Below are positions 36,691 through 49,162 of a stretch of 64,000 nt of DNA, piece after piece; the stretch's first letter is position 1, and every line of letters begins with the position of its first letter. The position numbers were made by a program, and so were the translations under genes. The stretch comes from Owenia fusiformis (lineage: Eukaryota): the NCBI GenBank assembly GCA_903813345.2, contig CAIIXF020000001.1, positions 29,512,001-29,576,000 on the forward strand, given 5' to 3'. The notes under the pieces are model-generated. The model made no database searches. It saw nothing but the letters and a program-made list of their open reading frames with translations, and was not told the DNA's origin.

Positions 36691-37552
36691 TTATCCCATC
36701 GAACGAAGTTCGGAGGGATATAGGGAACGCCTCCGTCCGTCCGTACGTACATCCGTACGTACGTCCGTCCGTCCGTCTGTCCGTCCATCCGGGCAATAAC
36801 TCAAATACCGTTGGCCTGATTTTGTTCATATTTTGTACACATATACCCTATGGGGGTAGAAGTTCTGCTCGAAAGCCAATTTTCAAAATGGCCGCTCATT
36901 TTAAAATGGCGGCCATTTTAGTGCTGATTTTACAGTAATTTAGGTGCAATATGTAAAACTGTAATAGCAATATGTTTTAAATGTGAAAAAATTATAAAGG
37001 ACATTAATAATGCTACAAATGTAGATATTAAAGAAGCACATGGCAGCCATCTTGAAAAATGGCGGCCTTTACTCGTCAATTTACGATTTTTGCTATACTC
37101 AAAAAATAGTGGAACGATTTTGTTCATATTTGGTATGTGAATACTATAAGCATGGCACACTGTCTAAAGACACTTTTGGTAGAAGGCGGCCATTTTAACG
37201 TATTTTACTATAACTCGAAAAGTAGTGGAGCGATTTTGTTCATATTTGGTATGTGAATACTATAAGCATGGCACACTGTCCTATGACACTTTTGGTAGAA
37301 GGCGGCCATTTTGAAAAAAAATTTGAAAAAAGGCCGCCATTTTAACGTATTTTACGTGTGCAATTTTTCAAAAATTTTAGAGGTGGCTATTTAAAAGCAT
37401 ATTATTTCTTCTGATGACAACTTGGCTAGTGAGCAACCATTTTGAAAATGGTGGCCTTTCTGGTGTGTTGTTTTGTGATATTTGCTATTCGTTTGTAAAA
37501 ATGCCAGCCATTTCTGTTCGATGGGATTCGCTACGCTTTGGCGTTGCCGTTG
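36691..37552 (+). mobile_element. Helentron-associated interspersed element (HINE/DINE-1-like)
   Basis: SubTIRs ATCCCATCGAA (36693) / TTCGATGGGAT (37517-37527), a 5' partial inverted copy, a (GTCC)n microsatellite, internal ~116-bp tandem repeats, a 3' stem-loop GCTACGC..GCGTTGC and T-rich flanks. Confidence 0.85.
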
Positions 37553-37709
37553 TTCTGGTTGGGCTTGTAATAAAAAAAGAATGATGACTGTTTATTGATT
37601 GGGCTTGTAATCATATATATAAAAGTATTCCAGGTATCATTGTCTAATAAGCATCACATCATTTGGTGCTCATAATTTATTCATTAAACTCATTACATAT
37701 ACCAGTATA

Positions 37710-38274
37710 CAGGGTGGTAAAAAACAGGAACCCTGCATTTTCCTCATATCTTTGACAATTAAAAAAAATTAATCACTAACATTTAATACGTTTGTACATC
37801 ATTCAATTTCATACCACCCTACTAAATTTCATGACCATCAGACTGATAGTCACAATGTTTATAATATAGCACTTTTAACAATATGCTTCAAGTTTGGCCA
37901 TCGTCACGCTGTAGGCAAACCTTGCACAGTAGTCAATGACCGACCCAAATGCATTCTACAGCATGTATGGCCTGAATGACACAGATAATCTCACTTTTGA
38001 GGTCCTGAGGTCATTCTCAAACAAGTTTATCTTTGCTGTATCTCCACAGATAGAAGTCAGATAGGGACATTTTGGAGGATGTGTGCAGGTTTGTGCAGGT
38101 TAAAACGCAATAGTGGCCACTGGAGCATGTTCTTTAAAATGCTGTAACATTGTGACTATCAGTCTGATGGTCATGACATATCGTTTGAAATGAATGATGT
38201 AGAAATATCAGGGAGTTATTTTCTAAAATGGCAGATATGAGGAAAATAGCAGGTTTCTGTTTTTTACCATCCTG
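37710..38274. mobile_element. Tc1/mariner-derived MITE
   Basis: TA|CAGGGTGGTAAAAAACAG...CTGTTTTTTACCATCCTG|TA, with long imperfect TIRs (CATGACCATCAGACTGATAGTCACAATGT inverted at ~38145-38175). Confidence 0.85.
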
Positions 38275-39059
38275 TACCTCCAAGATTATACAAGACAAAA
38301 TGTAAATTAGCTTCTGTGACATTAATAATACACTGTTACTTGGATATGTGAAATATTTGACACTTTTTTCGCTTTGACAAATACAAGTTTTAATTGTATG
38401 AAAGTATTTAAAAATGGTTGTTCTACAAAATTTTTGGATGGGCCCGAAATTTTTTGGATGGGCCCACTTTAGGTGGGGACGGGGGCAGAACCCATGCCCC
38501 CTCCCCCTAGATCTTATGTACATTAAACCGAAGATATTACTTTTGATTATAAAATGCCATTATTATTGTCCCTTGTTCAAGAGCATAGGCCAAGGGAAAA
38601 GTAATAGTAAGCTGTATATAGAAGAGACAGTCTCTTCTATATACGGCTTACTATACTTTACCCATGGCCTATGTTCAAGAGACTACATCTGCCAATCTGT
38701 GGTACAGTGTCTACATTCTCTTCAACCCTCTAGTGGCCTCCTTGTGCATTATCATTTATATGTCGTTTTATAGATGTCTCACTAGTCAATTACTGATTAG
38801 TCATGACTTCCGTAAGAAATACAGGTAAATAAATAAGGTAAGTGTTTTTAATTTTAGTTCATATATTTACAATTAAAAGCTTTAATTCATGGTAGGTTAT
38901 GTGTGTTAAAACTTTGCTCATATGCTGGAACAGTGTCACTGTTGTTCTCGTTTTTATCTATGACAAAAGTGACTTTCTTTAAATTTTTCATTTCAGATTT
39001 TCAATTTGGTCCTTGTGTTGTAAATAATGAATCATGAAGTTTCTAAAATATGTTCTTAC

Positions 39060-39700
39060 ATGCCTTACATAATGAATTCACGGGGAGTCATAGGTGCATT
39101 CATGTTATCCCGTTCCCGGACTATGGTCCTGTGAACATCTCAATCTTTTGCCTGTGCGATTACAACATGGGAGAATTTTTTACTCATCTTACACTTCAGA
39201 TACCTACTTCAATAGATTCCTTGGTAATTTAGCATTCTTTTCGTGTAGTTGAATCCACAATTGTCTGGGTTTATCGGCAGAACGAAGACATTTTCGTTTT
39301 TGATCGCAATATTTGCGTGTAACATTTAACTTATTTCAACCGTCAAATTCCTCCATATTGGTACTTCCGGGCTACATCCGGGACAGCCAAACGGGGGATT
39401 CCCCTTTTAAATCCAACTGCCATTTTGAAAAGTGATGGAATCTCTCTCGATGAAAAAGAGAAAATGTTCCCGTTCTGCCGATATACCCAGACAATCGGCG
39501 GTTCCAATATATTAGAAGTTACATCTTGAGTTCTATAATGCATTGAGGTAGGTATCTTAAGTGTAAGGGGCGTAGATAATTCTCCCAAGTTGTAATCGTA
39601 CAGGCAAATGAATGCGCTCAGTGCAGGACTATAGTCCGGGAACGGGATAACATTCATGCACCCTCTGGGTCTCTGAGGATTGTGTTGGTGCAAGTCAACA
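39060..39700. repeat. Diverged inverted repeat pair (~39060-39300 vs ~39460-39700), likely a foldback element
   Basis: GGTGCATTCATGTTATCCCGTTCCCGGACTAT (39092) is inverted at ~39630-39662. The two spurious ORFs share VIPFPDY for this reason. Confidence 0.7.
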
Positions 39701-42700
39701 TACGACATTCCAATGCATTAGAGGCGGTGTTCACTGTCTAGGAGCAAGGAGGATTGGCTCCCAGAATCGAAGTCGATATTTTCCAACAATGAAAACGCCG
39801 AGATGTCATTATTTTCTGAAATTATAACCGATTATAAATTCAAAATAAACAGTTCAAAAGATTCGAACCAATATCTCGATCATTTACTGTGAGTTTTGGA
39901 ATTTTTCGTTAGGAAATAAGACCAAAATTCACGATTCAAATGTTGAAGTGAACAAAATGGCGGCTGTTGGAATTCAAATTTTGTAGCACGACATGCCCAT
40001 ATATGGGACAGAATATCGATGTTGCACTCTGGGAGCCAATCCTCCTTGGTCTAGGGGAGTAAATCACCCCCTGTCTGTAAGTGTTACCTATATTGAGAGG
40101 GACTGACTCACATGTACTCACCGTGTGGTAATTCAAAAGAATTTACTGCGAGAATATGCCACATAGGCCAAGGGAAAAGTAATAGTAAAGGTCTCTTCTA
40201 TATACAGCTTACTATCACTTTTCCCTTGTGTATGATGCCACCCCTCCCCATGACATTACAGCGTGGATAGTTCTCCGTATAGTCTAAAACTCCAGGTTAT
40301 GGCCGTTATTCACTTGGATTATAACTGGTAACTACTGGCTATAAATTAATAATCACCAATATTAAAAATATTGTGATCACTTCTGATGTTTTTTGAATTT
40401 TTTGTTATGGAATAAGACCAAATCTGCGGATTCAAAATCTGAAGTGGAAAAATATTCAAAATGGAGGCATTTGAATTTGTAATTACCACATATCCTTTAG
40501 ATCAGCCTATTCACTCATGACAGGCAGAGAACGTACGGATCAATTCTAAATTTTGAGCAACATCTCCGATTTTGGTTCTTTATCTGACCAATATCATGGG
40601 CTTTCAACTAGTTTGAGGTGAGAAAAAATTATATTTTTCCTTGAAGTGGTTCAGGCGTACTCACGCGGTAGTATCTCTTCGGGACGTATCGAAACCACTC
40701 CGTCCCGAAAAACCGTTAATTTGAATTTAAAACCTACCCCAGTGTTTGAAAATCAAGGATTGTGAGTCTCACACTTCACCGTTTTTCTTCAAATTTGTTC
40801 CGTACAAAGCTTCACAGAAATACCTTTCAGTCAATACATTGTTTTCGTGTACAAAGTACCTCGTTTTAGCGGCGTTTTGGTCCCCAGCTGTGAGATAAAG
40901 CAAATTTTCATAACTTTCAACTGTAAGTCAAGTTATCTCGCCAGTCTTTTACCTATTCTCGCCCATAATTTCAGAATGGACTCCCATTACAACCTTCCAT
41001 CGCTACGTCTTGATTTTTGGGCATCAAACGCAGCAGTTTCTAAATCATCAACACATCTCTTCAAATTTGACCAATACGTCCCGTCATCTTCCACTACGCC
41101 CCGCCGAGTCTATCACTATACACATAGAGTTGCATTCTAAAACAATTTGTCCATCGATGTGTCCGTTTGTAGGTTGCCATTGGAGAGGTTAAGCTACCGT
41201 ATAAAATCCAAAACGCAACTTAAACGTATCAATTGCCGCTATACAAATACATGTAGAGTTCACACATAAATAGCCGTTCAGCTCTAGTGTTTGTTTAGAC
41301 TACACCATAGCTTGTAATGATTACATAGTATGCCATTGATGAAGTTCAATAGCTGGTTTTCTAATACATGTTTTAAACGAGCTCGTTTCGTAAGATTATT
41401 GGAGTTAAATCATGCGTAACATACATCATCTTCTTCAGAAAGAATTATACTCTGCATCGAAATCAAAATTGCAATGATAGTATTCAACAGACATGAGTAT
41501 AATGACTCCCGTTGATAGCAACGTGAAATTGTAAAATCTCCCGTTCTAAACACGCAACTTTGAAGTTGAACGGGTATCTGAAGTAGACTAAAGCGATACA
41601 ATCCTATGTTGATTCAATGTACTTTGCGTTTACGTATACGTTTTGAAAAACCGTATTTGCTTAACCTCTCCATTGTCGATTCTAAATACCAATCGGATTG
41701 TGTTTTAAGATTCACCCATTCTTGTCCATTTTCAATATACCTATAATAGGGTGGTCCAAAATCTCCCTAAAATTTTGATTTCCCGATATTGCAATATAAA
41801 GATTTTAATTACTGAACAATTGAAAATATTTTTAAGAAACGTTTAAAGTGCCCTATCCTTGAAAAAATGTTGAAATGTGAAAGGATGGGTGATGTCAATT
41901 ATATTATTTTCAGCATAACGTTAGAAACATGTATCATTTTATATGGTACACGTTTCATAATGTAATCCAATGGAATCATACAGAAGAAAGGTTGACACAC
42001 AACAGTTAAAATCTTTATATTACATTATCAGACCATGTCAGTAGATGTTGTTTATATACCAGTTAGTGTTGTATGATGATGCATTCTTTATATGAATCCA
42101 GAAACGTTTTTGTGCCAATATTGCTCAATTTTAATAACATCTCCGTTATTTTGAAATTAAGCGTGGCAAAGTTTCCCGATGGATTTAGCTAATAAAAAGT
42201 GGTGCCTGTAGGGTTATTGAAAATCATACATGATGAAGAAAAAATACATATTCCTGAAATACAACAGTTTAATTTTGAGTAATAAACCATTTATGAAAAC
42301 GGCATATTTGTCAAAATTACCAAAACTTCAAGTGAGATGCGTGGCAAAATTTCCCAGGGGTCTAGAGTGGAACTATTTGTCCAAGAGTCAATTTGTAACT
42401 AGAATCTATCAGATGACAGATTTTTGGAAAATTTTGCAGATTTGGACAACCCTAACCTATAACTTTGTTGAACCTGAAGACACGTATCAACTTTTTGTTA
42501 AATAAAGATAGCAAATTCAGCTGTCTACTGTACACTTGTACTTTTTGCTAGTACTCAGATTGATGGATATTCTGTCGTATGACATGCGACAAACATATCA
42601 ATTCTCATAGGTTTACATGGGAATGTCGATTTTCAAAAATTCATCAGATTTATCATCCATTTCCGATCTATTGTAATTGAGGAAAAACATCAAGAAAATT

Positions 42701-42819
42701 TGGAGGTATTGGGAATAAAGTCAAGTTATATTTCCGTCAATTTTATAAGTATTTCCCCCGCAGGTTATGTAGATAAGTGCCACTGAGTCATACACCAAAG
42801 TTTAGATATCCCTTCGTCT

Positions 42820-43212
42820 ATGTATACCCCAAACTAAACTTGAATCCATCTGATTTCTTTTTGTGGGGATATTTGAAAGAAAGTGTATACCAAAACAATC
42901 CTCAGACAATTGCTGACCTAAGCATGCTAATGAAGGCAATCACTGCTAAATGTAATGCCATAACAAGGGCTGAATGTGTAAGGGTATTTTGCCATATTAA
43001 TCCAGCTCTGCCTGGGTCTCAATTGCGGCTAAATGGGGCATGTATTGTAAATGATCACAGCTCCTGAACCAGTTAACTGTTTGTATTGAAACTTTCAGGA
43101 ACAAATTTCCATAGAACAGTTCTGGTTTGTGCAAAATTTCATTGATGTCACTTATCTAGTTTAGGAGATATTGCCTATTTCTACAGTCTCCTTTTTTTCC
43201 GGTCACCCTGTA
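42820..43212 (+). mobile_element. Tc1/mariner transposase C-terminal relic plus right TIR
   Basis: LNPSDFFLWGYLKESVYQNNPQTIADL matches the (SPD)LNPxDFFLWGxLK motif. The relic ends in CCGGTCACCCTG|TA. Confidence 0.8.
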
Positions 43213-43227
43213 CTTTTGCGAGGAATC

Positions 43228-43395
43228 CAGGCCCGTCGCTCGGACCCCCCCCCTCCCTACTAAAAGTATTTTCAAAATTATGCAGTTTTTCACCATTCTA
43301 AGCCCATTTTGGGCAAAAAATGTCAAAAGTGAACCCCCACCCTGTAATTTCTTAAAAATTTGTGAACCCCTTGGCAAATCCTGGCTACAGGCGTG
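43228..43395. mobile_element. Short CAGGCCCGT-type MITE with 5-bp TSD GAATC
   Basis: GAATC at 43223-43227 and 43396-43400. Same family as 7058-7253. Confidence 0.7.
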
Positions 43396-43730
43396 GAATC
43401 TTACATCATGTTAATTCAGAGGATACACGTGTGCAGGTTGAGATTTGACATACTGTAAACGTATAATGTAAACCACGAATAAAATATTGACGTGCGAATC
43501 GAAGCCTATGTGATCGAGTTACTTTGATCACCTACACCGATTGGTGACAACAACTGCCATGCTAATGTTTAATCACCCGTGTGAAGCGTTTGTTCTTACC
43601 ATTAACTCAGAGACATATAAAATGTCTCTGCTTCCTCATAATGGCGGTAAAATGAAGTATGCTACCTTCCCATTGAAGAGTTCAATTAATTTCGTCCAGT
43701 GCAATCAGTGAAAATTGAATCAGTGAAATG

Positions 43731-44100
43731 TACCGGTGTAAAAGAAATTATGGTCCCCTGGGGATTATGGTCCCCTTTCTTAACGGCCCTTACTGGCCCC
43801 GATTGTGTATAAATAATAAGGAAAATATTTGTAATTAGGTCACCATATAAATCAATAGAGAGTAGGACCATAATTTGATAGGACCACCTACGCTTTTACA
43901 CCGGAGTGAAAGAAATTATGGTCCTCTGGGGATTATGGTCCCCTTTCCCAACGGCCTTTACTGGCCCTGATTGTGTATAAATAATAAGGAAAATAGTTGT
44001 AATTAGGTCACCATATAAATCAATAGAGACTAGGACCATAATTTGAGAGGACCACCTACCCTTTTACACCGGTGTAAAAGCGTAGGTGGTCCTATCAAAT
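43731..44100. repeat. Two tandem ~168-bp units plus an inverted partial third, each bounded by ACCGGTGTAAAAG/CTTTTACACCGG
   Basis: AAAGAAATTATGGTCC at 43741 and 43909. The segment 44069-44100 is the reverse complement of the unit end. Confidence 0.85.
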
Positions 44101-46194
44101 GATGAACAAAATGTTTTAGAATACAACTCCACGTTTGTAGTCATAGACTCGGCGGGGCGTAGTGGAAGGTGACGGGACGTATTAGTCAAATTTTAAGAGA
44201 TGTGTGGATGATTTAGAAACTGCTGCGTTTGATGCCCAAAAATCAAAACGTAGCGATGGAAGGTTGTAATGGGAGTCCATTCTGAAATTATGAGCGAGAA
44301 TGGGTAAAAGACTGGCGAGATAACTTGACTTACAGTTGAAAGTTATGAAAATTTGCTTTATCTCACAGCTGGGGACCAAAACGCCGCTAAAACGAGGTAC
44401 TTTGTACACGAAAACAATGTATCGACTGAAAGGTATTTCTGTGAAGCTTTGTACGGAACAAGTTTGAAGAAAAACGGTGAAGTGTGAGACTCACAATCCT
44501 TGATTTTCAAACACTGGGGTAGGTTTTAAATTCAAATTAACGGTTTTTCGGGACGGAGTGGTTTCGATACGTCCCGAAGAGATACTACCGCGTGGTACTA
44601 GGAGAATCGTGTAAACATAACAAGGCAAAGGAAATTTTTTTTTCAAACCTTAAGTTTCCGCACTTGGTATAACCTATAGATAACCTAATCGCGATGGCAA
44701 AATCCAAAAGAACAACAAATTGATAGCACCAATTTTAAGACAAATATATAGTATCCATTACACAAAGATCAATATCATAGAGGATTCATTATAGCAGCTA
44801 GTCACTATTAAGTACAATAAATTATTTGCTCTCTGCATATATTGAATATTGTCACAGCATTTAAGTTTGTAATGGTGTGGTCATGCAATGAAGTACATCA
44901 ATAAAGTAAGTCAGTAATTAAGTACAAATGTCTTGAATTCGTAATAAGGCCAAAATTCGAGTTCTGTTGAAACTAGCGAACTTCAAAAGAGGTTCCATGT
45001 GAAATGTGAAATATGGAACATCAAAAATAGGGTGATGAAAAGTGTTCATGCTTCTAAGTTCACTTTTTGTGACATTTTATTATTCCCACCCCTTTTTTCA
45101 AGATTTTATATTGACATGTATACTTTTAAAGAAATAGATAACCAAACCATGACAATGAAATCAGGAACCAGCAGCTGCCCTTAAGCTTTATAGGGTGAGT
45201 TGATAGGATCACTTTATGAATCTGATTATACATGTATAATTAATCAGATTTTCATGTAAATTGCTGCCAATACTTTAAAACTTGTCTAAGTAGAACACCT
45301 TTGGTACCTCTAAAAGTGTTCCACTTGGGAGGTGTTCCACTCATAGAGATCCAATTAACATTAAGGCCTTGGGACTCTGAAAAGTGATCCAATAACAAAG
45401 GTCGTCCACTTGTAGAGGTGTTCCACTTTAAAGGTTTCACTTTATACTTTTTCAGTATGCCAACACTTATTTTATACTATACTATACACAGTATATATAT
45501 TCCAAAATTAAAGGAGTAGGTTATATTGATTGAACAGCCGCAATTCATCATCAGAACTTGATATATATTACAGGTAAAACATATCATATGTAAAGCTGAT
45601 TCAAAACCTATGATCTTAAGTATGACAACATTTATTTTCAGAATTATGAAGAACCTCATTCATTAACTCTACAATGGGTTAGGCTTTTACTGGGCTAATC
45701 CACTCTTTGAATCATAAGTTGACAACTAGTCGCTGGTATTTGGTGAGTTGAACATGCACATATTTTTCAAAATGATGAGGGAAGGGTTGAGCAAACCCCC
45801 TTGCCAAAAATTCTTTCCAAATCATATAGTTTTTCACCATTTTGAGCACTTTTCAAGTGATATTGGCCATGTTTGGGGCAAAGTTGTCAAAAGTGAACCC
45901 CCCTGGAAATTTTTAAAAAGTGAACTCCCCTTGGAAAATCTTGTCAACGGGCCTGATGATAGAGTTAAAGGTGAAAAGGTTTATTTTTGGGTTGAAAACC
46001 TTGATTTAAAAAAAACCTTGATTCAAAAAAAACATGTAGCTTGGTCAGAGAATTTCTGGGACACTTTATGGCAAATGGATGTAACAAAATAAGACCAATA
46101 TTTTACTACAAATATTTGAAAAATTGTAAATCTTTAAAGAAAATTCAGAAAGTAGCACAATAACTATGTAAAACAAACACTCTAAAAAACTATA

Positions 46195-49162
46195 TTATGT
46201 CCCCACCACATAGTGTGGGGCCATATTGTCGGCCTAGGCGCGTCTGTCTGTCCATCTGTCCGTCCGTCCGTACGTCCGGCAGTTTTCTCCAAAACCGCTA
46301 CAGATATCACCTTCAAATTTTCAGGGATCTTAGGAGTGCATCTAGATGTGGATGAAAAAAAATTGAATCGATACCTACTTCCTGTCGGCCATTTTGAATT
46401 CAAATGCTAAAATCCTTGTCTGCAAACTTTAAGAAAAATGGCTTCACAGTTGCTTTTGAAACTTTAACATCTTGTTCAGCTCACTTCATTCTAGATCTGA
46501 TTAGGTTTTGGACCTGTTAGCTCAGTCATGTCAGCCATTTTGAATGTTTTAAGAAAAGTTAGCACGCGATAATACTTTGTATCATATTGAATGGTGTTTT
46601 TCAGTTTTCATACTTTAACTATTTTGTAGCTTTATAAATAATTCCAGGTGTACTTTGTTGTAAAAGCCTATGTTATTGTTAACAGTAGTTATATGTGATA
46701 ATTTTGCAAAAAGAAATCAGCAAAAACTCATAATCACTTTTTTATTGTCGGCCATTTTGGATTTTCCATCCTAAAATCTTGTCTGTAAAGTCTTGTCTTC
46801 GCATTTTCAGGTGAACCGTTTGGTAGATCAATTTCAAATTTTCAGGGATGATTCTTAGTATGAAAATCTAGATCTGATTAGTTTTTGGGCATTCTGGGAA
46901 ATGTCAAGGCAGCCATTTTGGATTTTCCGTCCTAAAATCTTGTCTGTAAAGTCTTGTCTACTCATTTCCAGGTGAACTGTTCGGTAGATCAATTTCAAAT
47001 TTTCAGGGATGATTCTTAGTATGAAAATCTAGATCTTATTAGTTTCTTGGCATTCTGGATAAATGTCCAGGCAGCCATTTTGGATTTTCTGTCCTAAAAT
47101 CTTGTCTGTAAAGTCTTCCCAATTGAAAAAAGCCTATGGAAAATCATCTCCAATTATCACCTAACTTACTATTGATAATTGGTTGAAAATTAGGTGTAAA
47201 AATTCACATGCAAATGAGCTAATTATCAACTTAATTAACGCTTAATTTGCAACTTAATTAACGATTAACTACCATCAATATGCAAATGAGCTATTTACGT
47301 AAATTAGTTGAAAGTTAGTTGTAAGTTTGATGTAAGTTAATCTCTAATTATCACCTAACTTACTATTGATAATTAGTTGAAAGTTAGGTTTAAGTCAGAT
47401 TTGTGACATCTCAAAAATGACTCGCTTCTTTTTTTGCTTCCCTTCACTCAGAGATTTTTGCTTCATCTTGAACTATTTTGTGACGGAATATTCATCTTAA
47501 TTAGGATCTTTCAGAACAGACAACATTGAACTTGAACTATTGAAATTTCACAGCAAGAGGAGGGAAAACCCCATGATTCAATTGATGACATACGATTTGC
47601 TCCTTTGCACACCTTTTGTCGAAAACGTACCCTCCATCTTGATTTTTAAAGTTTTCAAATTGACCTAGTTTTAAACCAATCAACGCTCGACTCGCTAAAC
47701 CAATCAGCGACGATGTCATCTCAATACAGATTTATATTATAAGCGTATGTCATCTTTGAACCCTGGGGTTTCTCCCCCTCTTTTTTAAAGCTATTCTATT
47801 TTGCAAATTTTTAAGATTCATGAAAAGCATGTGAAAACATCATTATTGCCATCAACAACTAAAATCAGAACACAAACATTAGACTATAATGTTACATAAT
47901 AAGGACGTAACAGATATAATCAAAAATATGCTTTGAAATGTCTTTGATCTAACAATCACTATTTAGAAGAGCACATTTGGATTACTTGTGAAATATAGGT
48001 AACCCATGTTAGTACCTAAATTGCATTCTAGGATTAATATTATATGATCTGATTCAAAAAGATTTTTAAATTCATAAACATTTCAGACAGAAGTGTGAAT
48101 AAGATTTAACATACATTGTATTCATGTTCTACATACCCTTATAATAATGTTGACCAAATTTCATGGTAGTACACGCACCATTCACGTTGTAATTCTCAAT
48201 TTTATGAGAGAAATATCTCTCACATGTTTTCTTTTTCCACCATCTTGAAATTAAATTTAGGGGGTTTGTATTTCTAAATCATGGGCCTAATTTACAACTA
48301 ATTATCATTATAATCATCCTATATGTTAACTATCAACCAATAATCTACTTCAGAACAAAAACGTTTTAATTTACCACTTACTATCACCCTCAAACATTTC
48401 ATATCTTAATTATCAACTAAAAATCATAAATCAGCATTATTGTAAGTTAATTTACATTGAACTTGCTACTGATAATTAGGCCATAATTATCATTGATTTA
48501 ATTAACGCTTAACTTTAATTCCAATTGCCAGCAGAATTGTTGATAATTAGTTGTAAATTAGTTGGTAATAAGTTGGTAATTAGTTTTATTTTTCAATTGG
48601 GTTGTCTATGCGCTTTTAGGTGAACCATTTGGTAGATCAATTTCAAATTTTTAGGGATGATTCTTAGTATGAAAATCTAGATCTGATTAGTTTTTGGGCA
48701 TTCTGGGTAAATGTCAAGGCAGCCATTTTGGATTTTCTGTCCTAAAATCTTGTCTGTTAAGTTTTGTCTACGCATTAGGTGAACCATTTGGTAGATCAAT
48801 TTCAAATTTTCAGGGATGATTCTTAGTATGAAAATCTAGAAGAGATTAGTTTTTTGGCATTCTGGATAAATGTCAAGGCAGCCAATTTGGATTTTCCGTC
48901 CCAAAATCTTGTTTGTAAAGCCTTGTTTACATGTTTTCTGGTTAACTGTGTGAGGGATCAATTTCAAATTTTCAGGGGTGGTTCTTAGTATGAAAATCTA
49001 GAACTGACTAATTTTTGGCATTCTGGGTAAATTTTAAGGTGGCCATTTTTGATATTCCGTTCTCAAATTGTGTCGGTAAAGTCTCGTCTACTCATTTTTA
49101 GGATAATCATTTGATGGGATCACCCATAGGTGGGGACATTTTGTACACATTTGTGTTCTTGT
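46195..49162 (+). mobile_element. HINE (Helentron-associated) element with a ~161-bp tandem core array and a nested insertion
   Basis: SubTIRs ATGTCCCCACC (46197) / GGTGGGGACAT (49129-49139), a (GTCT/GTCC)n microsatellite at ~46242-46278 and a 3' hairpin ACACA-TT-TGTGT. The repeat marker GCCATTTTGG occurs at 46751, 46912, 47074, 48722, 48881 and 49042. Confidence 0.88.
47118..48601. mobile_element. Nested 1.48-kb non-autonomous element, CCC...GGG termini, 2-bp TSD (CMC/EnSpm-like)
   Basis: TIRs CCCAATTGAAAA / TTTTCAATTGGG, with TT duplicated (47116-47117, 48602-48603). The empty site AAAGTCTTGTCT is preserved in neighbouring host repeat units. Many subterminal TAATTATCA motifs. Confidence 0.85.

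Larger units (their letters stand above)
40662..44594. mobile_element. 3.9-kb non-autonomous DNA transposon with ~480-bp near-identical TIRs, CAC...GTG ends and 5-bp TSD (Transib-like), with nested insertions
   Basis: CACGCGGTAGTATCTCTTCGGGACG at 40662 and its reverse complement ending at 44594, with GTACT duplicated at 40657-40661 and 44595-44599. The TIRs extend to ~41143 and from ~44112. Confidence 0.92.

Noticed and set aside
40847-44409. Two near-identical ORFs MYKVPRFSGV... (40847-41140 + and 44182-44409 -) as duplicated genes
   Set aside because: They lie within the two TIRs of one transposon, differ in stop position and have no recognisable motif.
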